The notes: a model not told the origin generated them from the letters alone. A stretch of DNA of 64,000 bases from an uncultured Pseudomonadota bacterium (GCA_949295085.1 CASFJS010000005.1:136991-200990); one strand, 5' to 3'. Positions 14,387 to 25,675 are shown, numbered from the stretch's first letter. Made by a program: numbers and translations.

Positions 14387-15661
14387 ATGGCTGATGATAA
14401 ATTGTTAGATGACGATATTAATTTGGACGAGTTTAATTTTGATGATCTGACTCTCGATGACGGTCATAATCCGGCATCGGAAGTCGGGGAACAAAAAGCT
14501 TCCGGGAAAGATGCATTTAATCTTGATGATATTTCGTTGGATGAATTTAATTTTGATGATTTGCCAGATAGTGCTGCGGAAAGTCCGAAGCCGGCAAATG
14601 AGACAGCCGCAACCGAGGCTGATACCGAAAATGTTGTCCGGGAATCGGCGGAAGTTGATTCGCCTGAGGCAAATGAATTAATTGACGACGAAGAAAATGT
14701 TTTATCACCGGAAAGGCAAGAAGTTGATTCGCCGGCCGCCGATGAAGATATACGGGATGTCGTGCCGGAAGAAAATACGGCAGAATCTGCGGAAGTGCCG
14801 GAGTTTGAAATAAAAAACAGACCGGAAGTCATTCCGGAAACCGAGGGAGAAATTGTTGCGGCGCCGGCAGCTGATTTAGAAACCGATTTTGCCGATGAGC
14901 CGGAAGTTGCGGCCGAGGCCGAAAATGCTCTTTCTTTTGAGGAGGAAGTTGTGGCCGAAGCCGAAAATGAGCCTTCTTTTGAGACGGAGGAAAGCTCTAA
15001 TCGGGAAACCGTTTTGGAAAATGAGGCAGAAACCGCGGAGGAAGTTGTTGCGACGGGTGAGGAAACGAATGCGGATATAATTTCCGTCGGTGAGATGTCT
15101 CAAGATATACCGGCAGAGGAAGATAATCATGAAGACAATTATGCCGTAAAAGTTGATGAAGAAATTGTTAATCAGATGCCGAATCATCAGGAAGACAAAG
15201 AGGATGAGGAAGATATCTTTGCCGGAATTGATTCTCCGGCGGAGGAGCCCCAAGCCAATAATATGGCCGGTGAAATTGATTATGATGTGCCGAATACTCC
15301 AAAAGATGAAGTCGCCATGTTGCAGGAGAGCGGTCGTATCGGCTGTTTGAGATGGTACAGCGGCGCTTCCTCCGACAGGATGTTTGAGATAAGTAAAGCA
15401 GCGGAAAGCGCGACCTTTAATGCGGACGAAGAATGTAAGACCATACACGTTAATGCCGGATATGATACTTATGGCTGGGAAGTTCAATTTTTCGACGGTG
15501 TGGTTATGAATTTGCGCGATGTTCGGGAATATCAGATACGCAACGGCCGGCTCCCCTCCGCCGACGGACGTATTGTTTACGGGCAAAGTGCATGGTCATT
15601 TTCCGGGATCGAAAGAATAGTCGTTTACGAAAGTGTTAAATATTTTTCGTACGGTGTTTAG
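14387..15661 (+). CDS. Hypothetical highly acidic, probably disordered protein with globular C-terminal domain
   Basis: 424-aa ORF rich in D/E, with repeated DDI(N/S)LDEFNFDDL motif. Confidence 0.85.
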   Translation: MADDKLLDDDINLDEFNFDDLTLDDGHNPASEVGEQKASGKDAFNLDDISLDEFNFDDLPDSAAESPKPANETAATEADTENVVRESAEVDSPEANELIDDEENVLSPERQEVDSPAADEDIRDVVPEENTAESAEVPEFEIKNRPEVIPETEGEIVAAPAADLETDFADEPEVAAEAENALSFEEEVVAEAENEPSFETEESSNRETVLENEAETAEEVVATGEETNADIISVGEMSQDIPAEEDNHEDNYAVKVDEEIVNQMPNHQEDKEDEEDIFAGIDSPAEEPQANNMAGEIDYDVPNTPKDEVAMLQESGRIGCLRWYSGASSDRMFEISKAAESATFNADEECKTIHVNAGYDTYGWEVQFFDGVVMNLRDVREYQIRNGRLPSADGRIVYGQSAWSFSGIERIVVYESVKYFSYGV

Positions 15662-15726
15662 GGGGCAATAAAAAACACGGAGCTCACCGCTGTTTTTCGG
15701 CTGTTGTGACGATGGTTATGTCCCGG

Positions 15727-16641
15727 TTATTCCGCGGGTGTTTCCGTGGCCGTATCGGGGGTTGTTTCTGCGGTGACGGTGTCTTCCTGTTTGGGAAGCG
15801 GAAAAACCTGCACTTCGTTCAAATTGGCGGACGAGAGGCTGTTGTTTCCCTCTATGCCGGCGGCTCTGTTGGCAGCGTTTGTTTGCAGCCCTTTGGGGGC
15901 TTTTAGAGCCGGCGACAGCGGATAAGCGTTTTTTGGCAAGCGCAACAGCATATAGCCGTTGCCGCCGCCGAAAGCCGGTCCGGACAAACCAATGGAATAA
16001 TGGCCGCCGATATAGCCGTAATCCAGATCAATATAATCGATTGCGAAAACGGTCTTAACGTTGGTCATGCCGACGGTGGTCATTTTGCAATTATAGCCGG
16101 CATCCTCCAAAAGAACGTGATTTACCGTTTTGGCAAAGAGCAATGATTTGGCCGGCGTGCAATCGGCAACCTGTCCGCCATAAGTCATGTTGTAGTTTAA
16201 GATGATGTTCATGACGTTGTGTTTGCCGACAATCACATCGGTGATTTTGGCATGATCAATGTAGGCATTGGTCGGAACAACGCCGACTTTAACCGGTAAA
16301 GTAATGTAATTTTCAAGGCAGGTGCGTGTTTGCGGATCGGCCTGGCAGATGAGAATCTTTTGGTAATTATTGTTGTCAAACAATTGCAGCAGCGAGTTGT
16401 AAATATATGTTGCCGACATTGATAATTTGGACGGGGCACATTGATGTGAGCGGCACACCACAACGGAAGACGGATATCGGACCGACGAGGCAGACGCCCC
16501 CGCCGCAGCGGTTTGGGTTTGTTTTGGTTTGTCGGCGAAAGTAAAGAAATGATCGGGAATATAATTTTGCAGCGTTTCACAACCGCATAACCCGAAAACA
16601 GCGGTTAACAAAACCAATGAACGTAAGCTTTTGTGCAGCAT
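15727..16641 (-). CDS. Hypothetical lipoprotein
   Basis: Signal peptide with lipobox-like LCGC; several Cys in the mature part. Confidence 0.8.
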   Translation of the reverse strand: MLHKSLRSLVLLTAVFGLCGCETLQNYIPDHFFTFADKPKQTQTAAAGASASSVRYPSSVVVCRSHQCAPSKLSMSATYIYNSLLQLFDNNNYQKILICQADPQTRTCLENYITLPVKVGVVPTNAYIDHAKITDVIVGKHNVMNIILNYNMTYGGQVADCTPAKSLLFAKTVNHVLLEDAGYNCKMTTVGMTNVKTVFAIDYIDLDYGYIGGHYSIGLSGPAFGGGNGYMLLRLPKNAYPLSPALKAPKGLQTNAANRAAGIEGNNSLSSANLNEVQVFPLPKQEDTVTAETTPDTATETPAE

Positions 16642-16814
16642 TTGAGCCCCTTAATCATAAAAGTATAGCTTATATTATGCCAGCCGCTGGTAAATACCAA
16701 GCCTTTTTTATAATTATTCAATGTATTTTTTGAGCTTTTGTGTTTTTTAGCTTGTCAGAAAAGCAAGAATGTGCCAAATATGAAGTTGTCGGAGCTTTAT
16801 ATGAGAGAAAAATT

Positions 16815-17294
16815 TTGAAAAAAGTGTTGTTATTCATCGGTCTGTTGATGGCGTCCGCCGGTTTGGCCGCCGAAGGGATTAACGTGGTGGACGGCGATAG
16901 TCTGGAAGCCGGCAACGAGCGGTTAAGACTGATGAATATTGACGCGCCGGAGTTTTTCCAAAAATGTTATGATGCCAGCGGGTGGAAATATTTGTGCGGG
17001 TTTGAAGCTACGGAGTATTTGAAGAAGTTAATGCAGGGGCAGGTTCGCTGCGAAAGGTACGGCAAAGATCGTTACGGACGCTCGTTGGTGGAGTGCTGGC
17101 GGGCAGACGGTGTCAATATCGGGCAGGAAATGGTGCGCTCCGGTTGGGCAACCGCGTATAACGAAAAGTATCAGGCCGATGAAAAACAGGCGCGCGCCGC
17201 CAAAAAAGGAATCTGGCGCGGGAAATTTATGCGGCCGGAATTGTACCGCGCATTAAAAAGAAGTCACGAAACACTTAAAAATGAAAAAAGATAG
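16815..17294 (+). CDS. Thermonuclease (SNase-like) family secreted nuclease
   Basis: VVDGDSL, RLRLMNIDAPE, DRYGRSL, ARAAKKGIW; TTG start with signal peptide. Confidence 0.92.
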   Translation: MKKVLLFIGLLMASAGLAAEGINVVDGDSLEAGNERLRLMNIDAPEFFQKCYDASGWKYLCGFEATEYLKKLMQGQVRCERYGKDRYGRSLVECWRADGVNIGQEMVRSGWATAYNEKYQADEKQARAAKKGIWRGKFMRPELYRALKRSHETLKNEKR

Positions 17295-17303
17295 AGATTC
17301 TTG

Positions 17304-17331
17304 TTGACAGCCGGAAAAAGTTATGTATATT
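17304..17331 (+). promoter_or_regulatory. Promoter of rplU-rpmA
   Basis: TTGACA-N16-TATATT. Confidence 0.65.
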
Positions 17332-17376
17332 GCAAAGCAACGTTTTTATGTTTTTTAAATATAAAGGTGAAAGAAT

Positions 17377-17679
17377 ATGTATGCAGTAATTAAAACCGGC
17401 GGCAAACAATACCGCGTTACATCGGGTGATGTAATCAAGATTGAAAAAATCGCCGGAGAGGAAGGCAAAGAGGTTGTTTTTAACGAGGTTCTGGCTTTGG
17501 GTGACACCATCGGTTCGCCGTTGGTTGCCGGTGCTTCGGTCAAGGCAACGGTCTTGAAACAGGCCAAAGATGCCAAAGTTATCATTTTCAAAAAGAAGAG
17601 AAGACAAAATTATCGCCGTAAAAACGGCCACAGACAGAGCATTACGCTGGTTAAAATTACCGACGTAATCGGCAAGTAA
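17377..17679 (+). CDS. rplU: 50S ribosomal protein L21
   Basis: MYAVIKTGGKQYRV...GHRQ. Confidence 0.99.
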   Translation: MYAVIKTGGKQYRVTSGDVIKIEKIAGEEGKEVVFNEVLALGDTIGSPLVAGASVKATVLKQAKDAKVIIFKKKRRQNYRRKNGHRQSITLVKITDVIGK

Positions 17680-17695
17680 GAAGGAGATTTGAACA

Positions 17696-17950
17696 ATGGC
17701 TCATAAGAAATCAGGCGGTAGCTCATCCAACGGGCGCGATTCCATCGGACGCCGGCTGGGTTTGAAAAAATCCGGCGGTCAGGCGGTTATTCCGGGAAAC
17801 ATTATTGTCCGTCAACGCGGAACGCAGTATCATCCGGGTGCTAATGTCGGCATGGGGAAAGACCATACTTTGTTTGCTTTGAGCGAGGGTAAGGTTGTGT
17901 TCTCGAAAAAAGCCGGCGACAGGGTTGTCGTTTCGGTTGCGACCGAATAA
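17696..17950 (+). CDS. rpmA: 50S ribosomal protein L27
   Basis: [24 protein letters not shown]. Confidence 0.99.
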   Translation: MAHKKSGGSSSNGRDSIGRRLGLKKSGGQAVIPGNIIVRQRGTQYHPGANVGMGKDHTLFALSEGKVVFSKKAGDRVVVSVATE

Positions 17951-18040
17951 ATTTCGGTTCGACGTTACCAAAAAAAGTTTGAGGGGATGTTTGTCGGCGT
18001 CCCCTTTACTTTTCGGGCAAATGGGATATTTTGAAAGTAG

Positions 18041-19120
<1,080 letters not shown>

Positions 19121-19139
19121 TTGACGGGAGAAAACAACA

Positions 19140-19502
19140 GTGGCTGAAAAAGTAAATAAACAAATGCAGGATACGGCGGAAAAAATACTGGAAATCGTTA
19201 AAAAAACCTTGGATGACGGCAAGGCGGAAGATATTGCGGTGATTGATCTGGCCGGCAAAACATCGATTGCCAGTTATATGGTGGTGGCCAGCGGAACATC
19301 GAACCGGCATGTGGCTTTTTTGGCCGAGAATCTGCAGCAAAAGCTAAAAGAAAACGGCTATGTTTCAACCGCAGAGGGGGAGGATAAAGCCGACTGGGTG
19401 CTGATTGACGCGTTTGACGTGATTGTGCATATTTTCCGGCCGGAGGTGCGTAGTTTTTATAGTCTGGAAAAGATGTGGGCGGCGTTTAAAAAGCCGGAAT
19501 AA
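19140..19502 (+). CDS. rsfS: Ribosome silencing factor (Iojap)
   Basis: KAEDIAVID, WVLIDAFDVIVHIF..EVRSFYSLEKMW. Confidence 0.96.
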   Translation: MAEKVNKQMQDTAEKILEIVKKTLDDGKAEDIAVIDLAGKTSIASYMVVASGTSNRHVAFLAENLQQKLKENGYVSTAEGEDKADWVLIDAFDVIVHIFRPEVRSFYSLEKMWAAFKKPE

Positions 19503-19518
19503 AAACGGGCTTCGGGAC

Positions 19519-19563
19519 AAACAAACCCCGCCTTGCGTGATATCGGCAAGGCGGGGTTTGTTT
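19519..19563. terminator. 18-bp perfect hairpin between convergent genes
   Basis: aaacaaaccccgccttgc / gcaaggcggggtttgttt. Confidence 0.8.
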
Positions 19564-20158
19564 ATAAGTCATTTTTTAATAAGATGTCTGCCAGCGGCCA
19601 TGGAAACCAGTGGCCGGTTTTTATCGGTGAGCAGGAAAGTCCGCTGGGGTCGTCGTGCTCGGCAAATATACAAGTGACCATAATTTGGCCATTCATATAT
19701 TTGCAAACCGCAAAGGGGCGCAGGTTCTTTTTCGTCGGCAGGTAAATCCGGAAATTTTCCGCCGGGTCGAACGAGATGTCCGTGCCGTCGGAAAAACGGA
19801 TTGTGGTGTCCTGCACGGCCGCATAAATGTAGCCGTACGTCCGACGGACGGCCAGAACAGCCTCTTTAAAACAGCCGTTTGCCGTGAAGACGTTGTAGGT
19901 TTTAACGTCTTCCCAGCTAACTCCCCGATGGGCGCCGGCTTCCATCAAAAGATGGTTGACGGATTGCAGGAACTCCCGACCGTTTAGAACCGGCTCTTTA
20001 AGTTCGGCCAGTTTGTCCGCGGGCAGGGCTTTGATAAAGTTTCCTTCATCGTGTTCACGCGCTTCGCGGTAGGGGTCCAGGAGTGGGGTTGTTTCTTTTG
20101 CCGGGGCGGTTTTTTCCGTCTTGGAAAAAATGTCCGCCAGTTTTTTTAATACCTTCAT
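19562..20158 (-). CDS. Hypothetical protein (198 aa)
   Basis: ORF from ATG at 20158 (MKVLKKLAD...); own promoter TTGACA-N17-TATATC at about 20193-20221. Confidence 0.75.
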   Translation of the reverse strand: MKVLKKLADIFSKTEKTAPAKETTPLLDPYREAREHDEGNFIKALPADKLAELKEPVLNGREFLQSVNHLLMEAGAHRGVSWEDVKTYNVFTANGCFKEAVLAVRRTYGYIYAAVQDTTIRFSDGTDISFDPAENFRIYLPTKKNLRPFAVCKYMNGQIMVTCIFAEHDDPSGLSCSPIKTGHWFPWPLADILLKNDL

Positions 20159-20228
20159 ATAATAAAAAATTAAAAATTTGTTTCTGTGGACAGATATAGA
20201 CGAAAATATGCCAAGTGTCAAATAAAAT

Positions 20229-20669
20229 TTATTCGCGGTGGTAAGGATGGCCGGCAATAATGGTTTGGATACGGTAGATTTGTTCGGCCAAAACCGCGCG
20301 CATCAGCATATGCGGCAGGGTCAGACGGCCGAAAGCCAAAATCAAATCGGCCCGGTCGCGAGTGGATTGCAGATGACCGTCGGCACCGCCGATTAAAAAG
20401 CAAATTTCCGAAGTGCCGTTAAGCTGCCAGCCGGCGATTTTGGCAGCGAGTTCGGTTGATTTGAGGTTTTCGCCGCGTTCGTCCAAAACAATAACTTTGG
20501 CGCCGTGCGGAATATGCGCGGTTAAAAAAGCGGCCTCGTCCGTTGGGTTGGAATTGTCTTGTTCTTTAACGATAATCTGCCAGCCGGAGCGCTTGGCGTA
20601 TTCGGTGATGATGGCGGCTTCGGGCGAGTTTTTTTTGCATTTGCCGATGGCGAGAATCGTGGCTTTCAT
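20229..20669 (-). CDS. rlmH: 23S rRNA (pseudouridine1915-N3)-methyltransferase
   Basis: SPOUT motifs LDERGE, FLIGGADG, TLPHMLMRAVLAEQIYR...GHPYHRE. Confidence 0.97.
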   Translation of the reverse strand: MKATILAIGKCKKNSPEAAIITEYAKRSGWQIIVKEQDNSNPTDEAAFLTAHIPHGAKVIVLDERGENLKSTELAAKIAGWQLNGTSEICFLIGGADGHLQSTRDRADLILAFGRLTLPHMLMRAVLAEQIYRIQTIIAGHPYHRE

Positions 20670-21715
20670 CGATAGACTTCCAGATCAAAAACATTTTGCA
20701 GGAAAAACAACGAAATGTAACACAACAAAGCCGCGGCTACCGGAGTTAATATCCAGCCGACGGCAATGCGGCCGAGAAGCCCCCAGTTAATACTGCAGCC
20801 TTTTAAGATGCCGATGCCCATAACGGCGCCGATAATTGCCTGTGAGCTTGAAACCGGTACCAGCGGAAAACTCGGAAGATTGTGCGAGACCAAAAAATGC
20901 TGCAAATTTTGCGAGGCAAAAAGAAATAACACCAAAGCCTGCGAAACCACGGCAACCCACGCCATCAGCGGCGACATCCGGATAATGCCGTTACCGACGG
21001 TGGTCATTAAGCCGCGAGAATAGGTGAATACGCCGACGCTTATGGCAATACCGCCGATGAGAAACAAAACCTGAGTCGGCGACAAGGTCAACAGCGATCC
21101 GATGTCAACCGCCTGCAGCGGGCTTGAGGAAACAAATACTCCCATGACGTTAGCTATGTTGTTGGCGCCCAAGGCATAAGCGCCGAAAGCACCGGCTAAA
21201 ATCAGGCCGATGCGGGTGTAGCAATCCTGACGAATCAGCGTGATATGGCAGTGGCGAATGACAAAACGAACCATATAGTAAAGCAGTACGGCGATGATGC
21301 CGGCCAAAACCGGGCAAAAGACCCAGGTGCCGACAATCTTGCCCAAAACGGCAATATCCGTCGGTTTGCCGGCAAAAAGGTTCCAGCCGATAATGCCGCC
21401 GACAATTGCCTGCGAGGTGGAAACCGGCAGAGAAAGTTTGACCGTCCAATAAATGGTTAAGGCAGCGGCCAGAGCGGACATAAAAGCGCCGGCCAAAGCG
21501 TTGACCGAACCCAAAGCGCCCAGAGTCTGCGAAGCGCCGGAGCCGGCATAAACCGCGCCGATGGTGATAAACAGCGAGGATATAATTGCCGCGGTGCGGA
21601 ATTTGACCATTTTGGTGCCGACGGCGGTGCCGAAAATATTGGCGGCGTCGCTGGCGCCCAAAGACCAGCCCAAAAACAAGCCGGAGCTTAAATAAAACCA
21701 GAAGGATATATCCAT
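20666..21715 (-). CDS. PiT-family inorganic phosphate transporter
   Basis: GASDAAN / GANNIAN signature repeats, PVSTSQAIVG. Confidence 0.92.
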   Translation of the reverse strand: MDISFWFYLSSGLFLGWSLGASDAANIFGTAVGTKMVKFRTAAIISSLFITIGAVYAGSGASQTLGALGSVNALAGAFMSALAAALTIYWTVKLSLPVSTSQAIVGGIIGWNLFAGKPTDIAVLGKIVGTWVFCPVLAGIIAVLLYYMVRFVIRHCHITLIRQDCYTRIGLILAGAFGAYALGANNIANVMGVFVSSSPLQAVDIGSLLTLSPTQVLFLIGGIAISVGVFTYSRGLMTTVGNGIIRMSPLMAWVAVVSQALVLFLFASQNLQHFLVSHNLPSFPLVPVSSSQAIIGAVMGIGILKGCSINWGLLGRIAVGWILTPVAAALLCYISLFFLQNVFDLEVYR

Positions 21716-22374
21716 CAGATGCTCCGTTTAATGGTGAAAATCAGCAATTCATCAATAAAATCTTCGGCGGTGTCGGCGATATCGGCAATTTCGTTGATAA
21801 ATTGCTTGAGCTGAAGTTTGTTGGCCAGCGGGAGTTTTGAATCGAAAACTTTTTCCAAAAGCTGACGTGAACATAAATCCGATTCATGCTCAATGAAATA
21901 AACTTTTTGCGAGTAATCACGCACCGAGCTCAGGTCGCGGAAAAACGAGCGCGAGGCTTTGCCCATATTTTCGGCGCACTCGGCGCTCAATCGGCCGAGC
22001 TCACGGATATTGCCGTGATATTCGTCGGGAATTTCCGGTTGTTCGACGTAAAACATATAGGTCGCCTCGTCGAATTTGTTGATGATACGATCCAGATTTT
22101 CGGTCAGCTGCAGGACATCGGCACGTAAATCGGGCAGAAGATTGTTGCCGTACAGCTGATTTTCAATACTGCGGCGCAGGGCATCGGCTTCGTGTTCGAT
22201 CTTTTTTATCTGACGAGATATTTTTTTGAAATTTTCGCTGCGGCCTTCGCGCAGATAAACATCGATAGCCTTGCCGAAGGTCATGGAGGCGTTAATCAGT
22301 TTGTTGTGAAAATTGTCGATATCGGCTTCGAGGGTTTTGGTTTTGGAGAATAAAGAAAGCTGCAAATGAAACAT
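21715..22374 (-). CDS. DUF47 / PhoU-like phosphate transport regulator
   Basis: EHEADALRR and EHESD helices; TGATG overlap with the PiT gene. Confidence 0.88.
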   Translation of the reverse strand: MFHLQLSLFSKTKTLEADIDNFHNKLINASMTFGKAIDVYLREGRSENFKKISRQIKKIEHEADALRRSIENQLYGNNLLPDLRADVLQLTENLDRIINKFDEATYMFYVEQPEIPDEYHGNIRELGRLSAECAENMGKASRSFFRDLSSVRDYSQKVYFIEHESDLCSRQLLEKVFDSKLPLANKLQLKQFINEIADIADTAEDFIDELLIFTIKRSI

Positions 22375-22529
22375 TAGATTTATTCCTGCTTGTTTTTTGG
22401 TTTTTACATCCTATTTATGACGCATATTTTAGAGATTATCAATAAGATTTATTTTTAGCTTGTAAAAATATTTCAATTGATTAATATGTATCTGGTTTTT
22501 GGATATTATATTTTTATAAGGATGATAAA

Positions 22530-23261
22530 ATGAAAAATACTAATGCTGTTTATATATCTTTGGTGGCTTTGGTCGTGGCCATTGTTGCGCTGGTTATGTG
22601 CATCGTTTGCTGCACTTCCGGCAAAGGCGGCGCCAATGTTGACGTGAAAGCTGCTTTGATGGAAGAACCGGGAATGGTTATTGAAGCCATGCAGGCCTTT
22701 GAAAATAAACAAAGAGAAGATGCTTTGCGCCTGGTTGAAGAAAAAATCAAAGACAATGCCGACGAATTGTATGAGCGTGCCGATGACGGCGTTATCGCCA
22801 ATCCGGACGGCGAGATGGTCTTGGTTGAATTCTTTGATTATTCTTGCTCATTCTGTCACAAACTGTATCCGGCTTTGAAAGAGATTATTGCCAATAATCC
22901 GGATGTTAAGGTTGTGGCCAAACCGATGGCTTTCCTGGCTCCGGTTTCGAAATATGCGGCCGAAGCTTCTTTGGCGGCGGCAGAACAGGGCAAATTCGGG
23001 GAGGCTTATTCGGCAATCTTTGAGATTGAAGGCCGGATGACCGAAGAATCCGTTGATGCCGCTTTGGCCGGCGTCGGCTTGGATATGGAAAAACTGAAAG
23101 CCGATATGAAATCGGACAAGGTTCGCAATACGCTGGATGCCGTTTCCAAATTGTCGTCTGAGATTCAGGTGAGCGGTGTTCCGACTTTGGTATTCAATAA
23201 TAAGCTTTTGCAAACATTGGATGCCGAGGATATCCAGAAAGCGATTGACGAAGCTAAATAA
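22530..23261 (+). CDS. DsbA-family (Com1/ScsC-like) thiol-disulfide oxidoreductase
   Basis: EFFDYSCSFC active site, GVPT cis-Pro loop, N-terminal membrane anchor. Confidence 0.9.
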   Translation: MKNTNAVYISLVALVVAIVALVMCIVCCTSGKGGANVDVKAALMEEPGMVIEAMQAFENKQREDALRLVEEKIKDNADELYERADDGVIANPDGEMVLVEFFDYSCSFCHKLYPALKEIIANNPDVKVVAKPMAFLAPVSKYAAEASLAAAEQGKFGEAYSAIFEIEGRMTEESVDAALAGVGLDMEKLKADMKSDKVRNTLDAVSKLSSEIQVSGVPTLVFNNKLLQTLDAEDIQKAIDEAK

Positions 23262-23285
23262 GCTTGGCTTAAGAGGCGTTGAAAG

Positions 23286-23316
23286 AAAGTCGTTCTCGCA
23301 AGAGGGCGACTTTTTT
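23286..23316 (+). terminator. Intrinsic terminator
   Basis: aaagtcgttctc-gcaa-gagggcgacttt plus T-run. Confidence 0.8.
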
Positions 23317-23407
23317 GGTCTAAGAACTTAAACAAAAGCTTGTGTTTGATAAATAAAAACACTATATATATAAAAGATTTTGGTTATTAATTTTTTAGGA
23401 TCATATT

Positions 23408-25273
23408 ATGGGAATGGGAAGAAACTTTTTTATCTGGCTCGGGGTGTTTGTTGCTTTGTCACTGGCGGTCAGTCTGTGGGGCGGCGATCCGGTACGGGCC
23501 GGTGCGGAAAAATTGGCGTTTTCGGAATTTATGGACCGGGTGGAGAGCAAACAAATTGCCGAAGTGGTTATCAGCGGCGCCAATATCAGCGGAACTTATA
23601 CCGACGGCAAAAAGTTTTATACCTATGCGCCTTATGATCCGACAATGGTTGAAAATTTGCGCCAGAACGACGTCAAAGTAACGGCAGCACCCGAAGATAA
23701 CACCAGCAATAATTTATGGGGAATTTTTGTTTCGTGGTTTCCGATGTTATTGCTTATCGGGGTGTGGATTTTCTTTATGCGGCAGGCTAATTCCGGCAAC
23801 AACAAGGCTTTAAGTTTCGGTAAATCGCGGGCGCGGTTGATTGAGAACAATAAAAAAGTGACCTTTGCCGATGTGGCCGGTGCCGATGAAGCCAAACAAG
23901 AGCTGGAAGAGATTATCGAATTTTTGAAAGATCCGGCCAAGTTTCAACGGTTGGGCGGTAAGATTCCGCGGGGCGTGTTGATGGTCGGGCCTCCGGGAAC
24001 GGGTAAAACCCTGTTGGCCAAAGCCGTAGCCGGTGAGGCAGATGTGCCGTTCTTTTCAATATCGGGGTCGGACTTTGTCGAGATGTTTGTCGGCGTCGGC
24101 GCCTCAAGAGTGCGCGATATGTTTGCTCAGGCCAAGAAAAATGCCCCGTGTCTGCTGTTTATCGACGAGATTGACGCGGTGGGGCGTCATCGCGGCGCCG
24201 GTTTGGGCGGCGGTAATGACGAGCGGGAACAGACGCTCAACCAGCTTTTGGTCGAGATGGACGGTTTTGATGACAAAGAAAACGTTATTTTAATTGCGGC
24301 AACCAACCGGCCGGATGTTTTGGATCCGGCGTTGCTGCGGCCGGGGCGGTTTGACCGGCAGGTAACGGTGACGAATCCGGATAAAAAGGGTCGCGAGGAA
24401 ATTTTGAAAGTGCATGTCAAAAAAGTGCCTTTGGCGAGAGATGTCAATTTGTCGGTTATTGCCCGCGGCACGCCGGGGTTTTCGGGTGCGGATCTGGCCA
24501 ATCTGGTTAATGAGGCGGCGCTTTTGGCGGCGCGCAAAAACAAAACCAAGGTAACCTCAAAGGACTTTGACGAGGCCAAAGACAAGGTCTTGATGGGGGC
24601 GGAGCGCAAGTCAATGGCGATGGATGAGAACGAGAAAAAATTGACGGCTTATCACGAGGCCGGACATGCGATTTGCTCGTTGTTTGTCGAGGAGACCGAT
24701 CCGATCCACAAGGCAACGATTATTCCGCGCGGACGGGCGCTGGGTATGGTGCAGCAGCTGCCGGAAAAAGACCAGTATTCGTATTCCAAGACCAAAATGT
24801 TGTCACGCCTGATTATTATGATGGGCGGGCGTGTGGCCGAGGAGCTGAAATTCGGTCCGGCCAAGATTACCTCCGGCGCATCGTCGGATATTGCCGCGGC
24901 AACCAATCTGGCGCGCTCGATGGTAACCGAATGGGGAATGAGCGATAAGCTGGGGCCGGTTTTGTATGCTGAAAACACCGGTGAGGTGTTTTTGGGTAAA
25001 TCGGTGACCCAGAGCCGCAATATGAGCGAGGAAACCGCCCGTCTGGTGGATGAAGAAATTAAAGGGCTGGTGATGAACGCTTATAAAAATGCGACGGCGT
25101 TGTTGAAAGAACATCAGGCGGATTGGGAAAAATTGTCCGAAGCGCTGATGGAATACGAAACACTAACCGGCGAAGAAATTAAAGATCTGCTTGCCGGCAA
25201 GCCGATTAATAAGGACACGGACGCACCTGTAGCGCCGGAAAAGCGAACGCAGGCGTCATTGCCGGAATTGTAA
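23408..25273 (+). CDS. ftsH: ATP-dependent zinc metalloprotease FtsH
   Basis: Two TM helices, [17 protein letters not shown] motif, HEAGH. Confidence 0.99.
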   Translation: MGMGRNFFIWLGVFVALSLAVSLWGGDPVRAGAEKLAFSEFMDRVESKQIAEVVISGANISGTYTDGKKFYTYAPYDPTMVENLRQNDVKVTAAPEDNTSNNLWGIFVSWFPMLLLIGVWIFFMRQANSGNNKALSFGKSRARLIENNKKVTFADVAGADEAKQELEEIIEFLKDPAKFQRLGGKIPRGVLMVGPPGTGKTLLAKAVAGEADVPFFSISGSDFVEMFVGVGASRVRDMFAQAKKNAPCLLFIDEIDAVGRHRGAGLGGGNDEREQTLNQLLVEMDGFDDKENVILIAATNRPDVLDPALLRPGRFDRQVTVTNPDKKGREEILKVHVKKVPLARDVNLSVIARGTPGFSGADLANLVNEAALLAARKNKTKVTSKDFDEAKDKVLMGAERKSMAMDENEKKLTAYHEAGHAICSLFVEETDPIHKATIIPRGRALGMVQQLPEKDQYSYSKTKMLSRLIIMMGGRVAEELKFGPAKITSGASSDIAAATNLARSMVTEWGMSDKLGPVLYAENTGEVFLGKSVTQSRNMSEETARLVDEEIKGLVMNAYKNATALLKEHQADWEKLSEALMEYETLTGEEIKDLLAGKPINKDTDAPVAPEKRTQASLPEL

Positions 25274-25277
25274 AAAG

Positions 25278-25303
25278 AAGAGAGCTTCGGCTCTCTTTTT
25301 TTT
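25278..25303 (+). terminator. Intrinsic terminator after ftsH
   Basis: aagagagc-ttcg-gctctctt plus T-run. Confidence 0.88.
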
Positions 25304-25422
25304 GATGTGTATGGATCGGTTGACTCAATTTAGACAAAAAGTCTAACATGACTCAAACAGAGTCTGAGTCTCGGTTTGCTAAAATCAAAAAAGCAAATTT
25401 TTTTCATTTTTTTTGCTTTTTT

Positions 25423-25675
25423 TGCTTGCAATTTGGTTTGCGATATGTTACAAGGGGCGCGTATCAAAGGGGTTGAGGCTGAAGATGCCGGCAACTTTTT
25501 GGGTATAAAACATAACGCATTCCTTGGATCTTTCCGCTTTGCGGAGCGTCTGGAAGACTGGCGGACGGGTGAACAACATGAGATTGCAAGGCTCTGCATA
25601 AGGTTTAACTTTTAGATGGCAAGCTTCTAAATTAGTGGAGGTTATGCCGTCTAGTTATAAGGAAAAGTATTTAAG
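25423..25675 (+). promoter_or_regulatory. Putative S10-operon promoter and long structured leader
   Basis: TTGCTT-N16-TATGTT candidate promoter; hairpin tagatggc/gccgtcta (25613-25653) just before the rpsJ SD. Confidence 0.45.

Noticed and set aside
25330-25615. ORFs 25330-25599 (-) and 25376-25615 (+)
   Set aside because: They span promoter-like T-tracts and the leader; no SD or protein-like features
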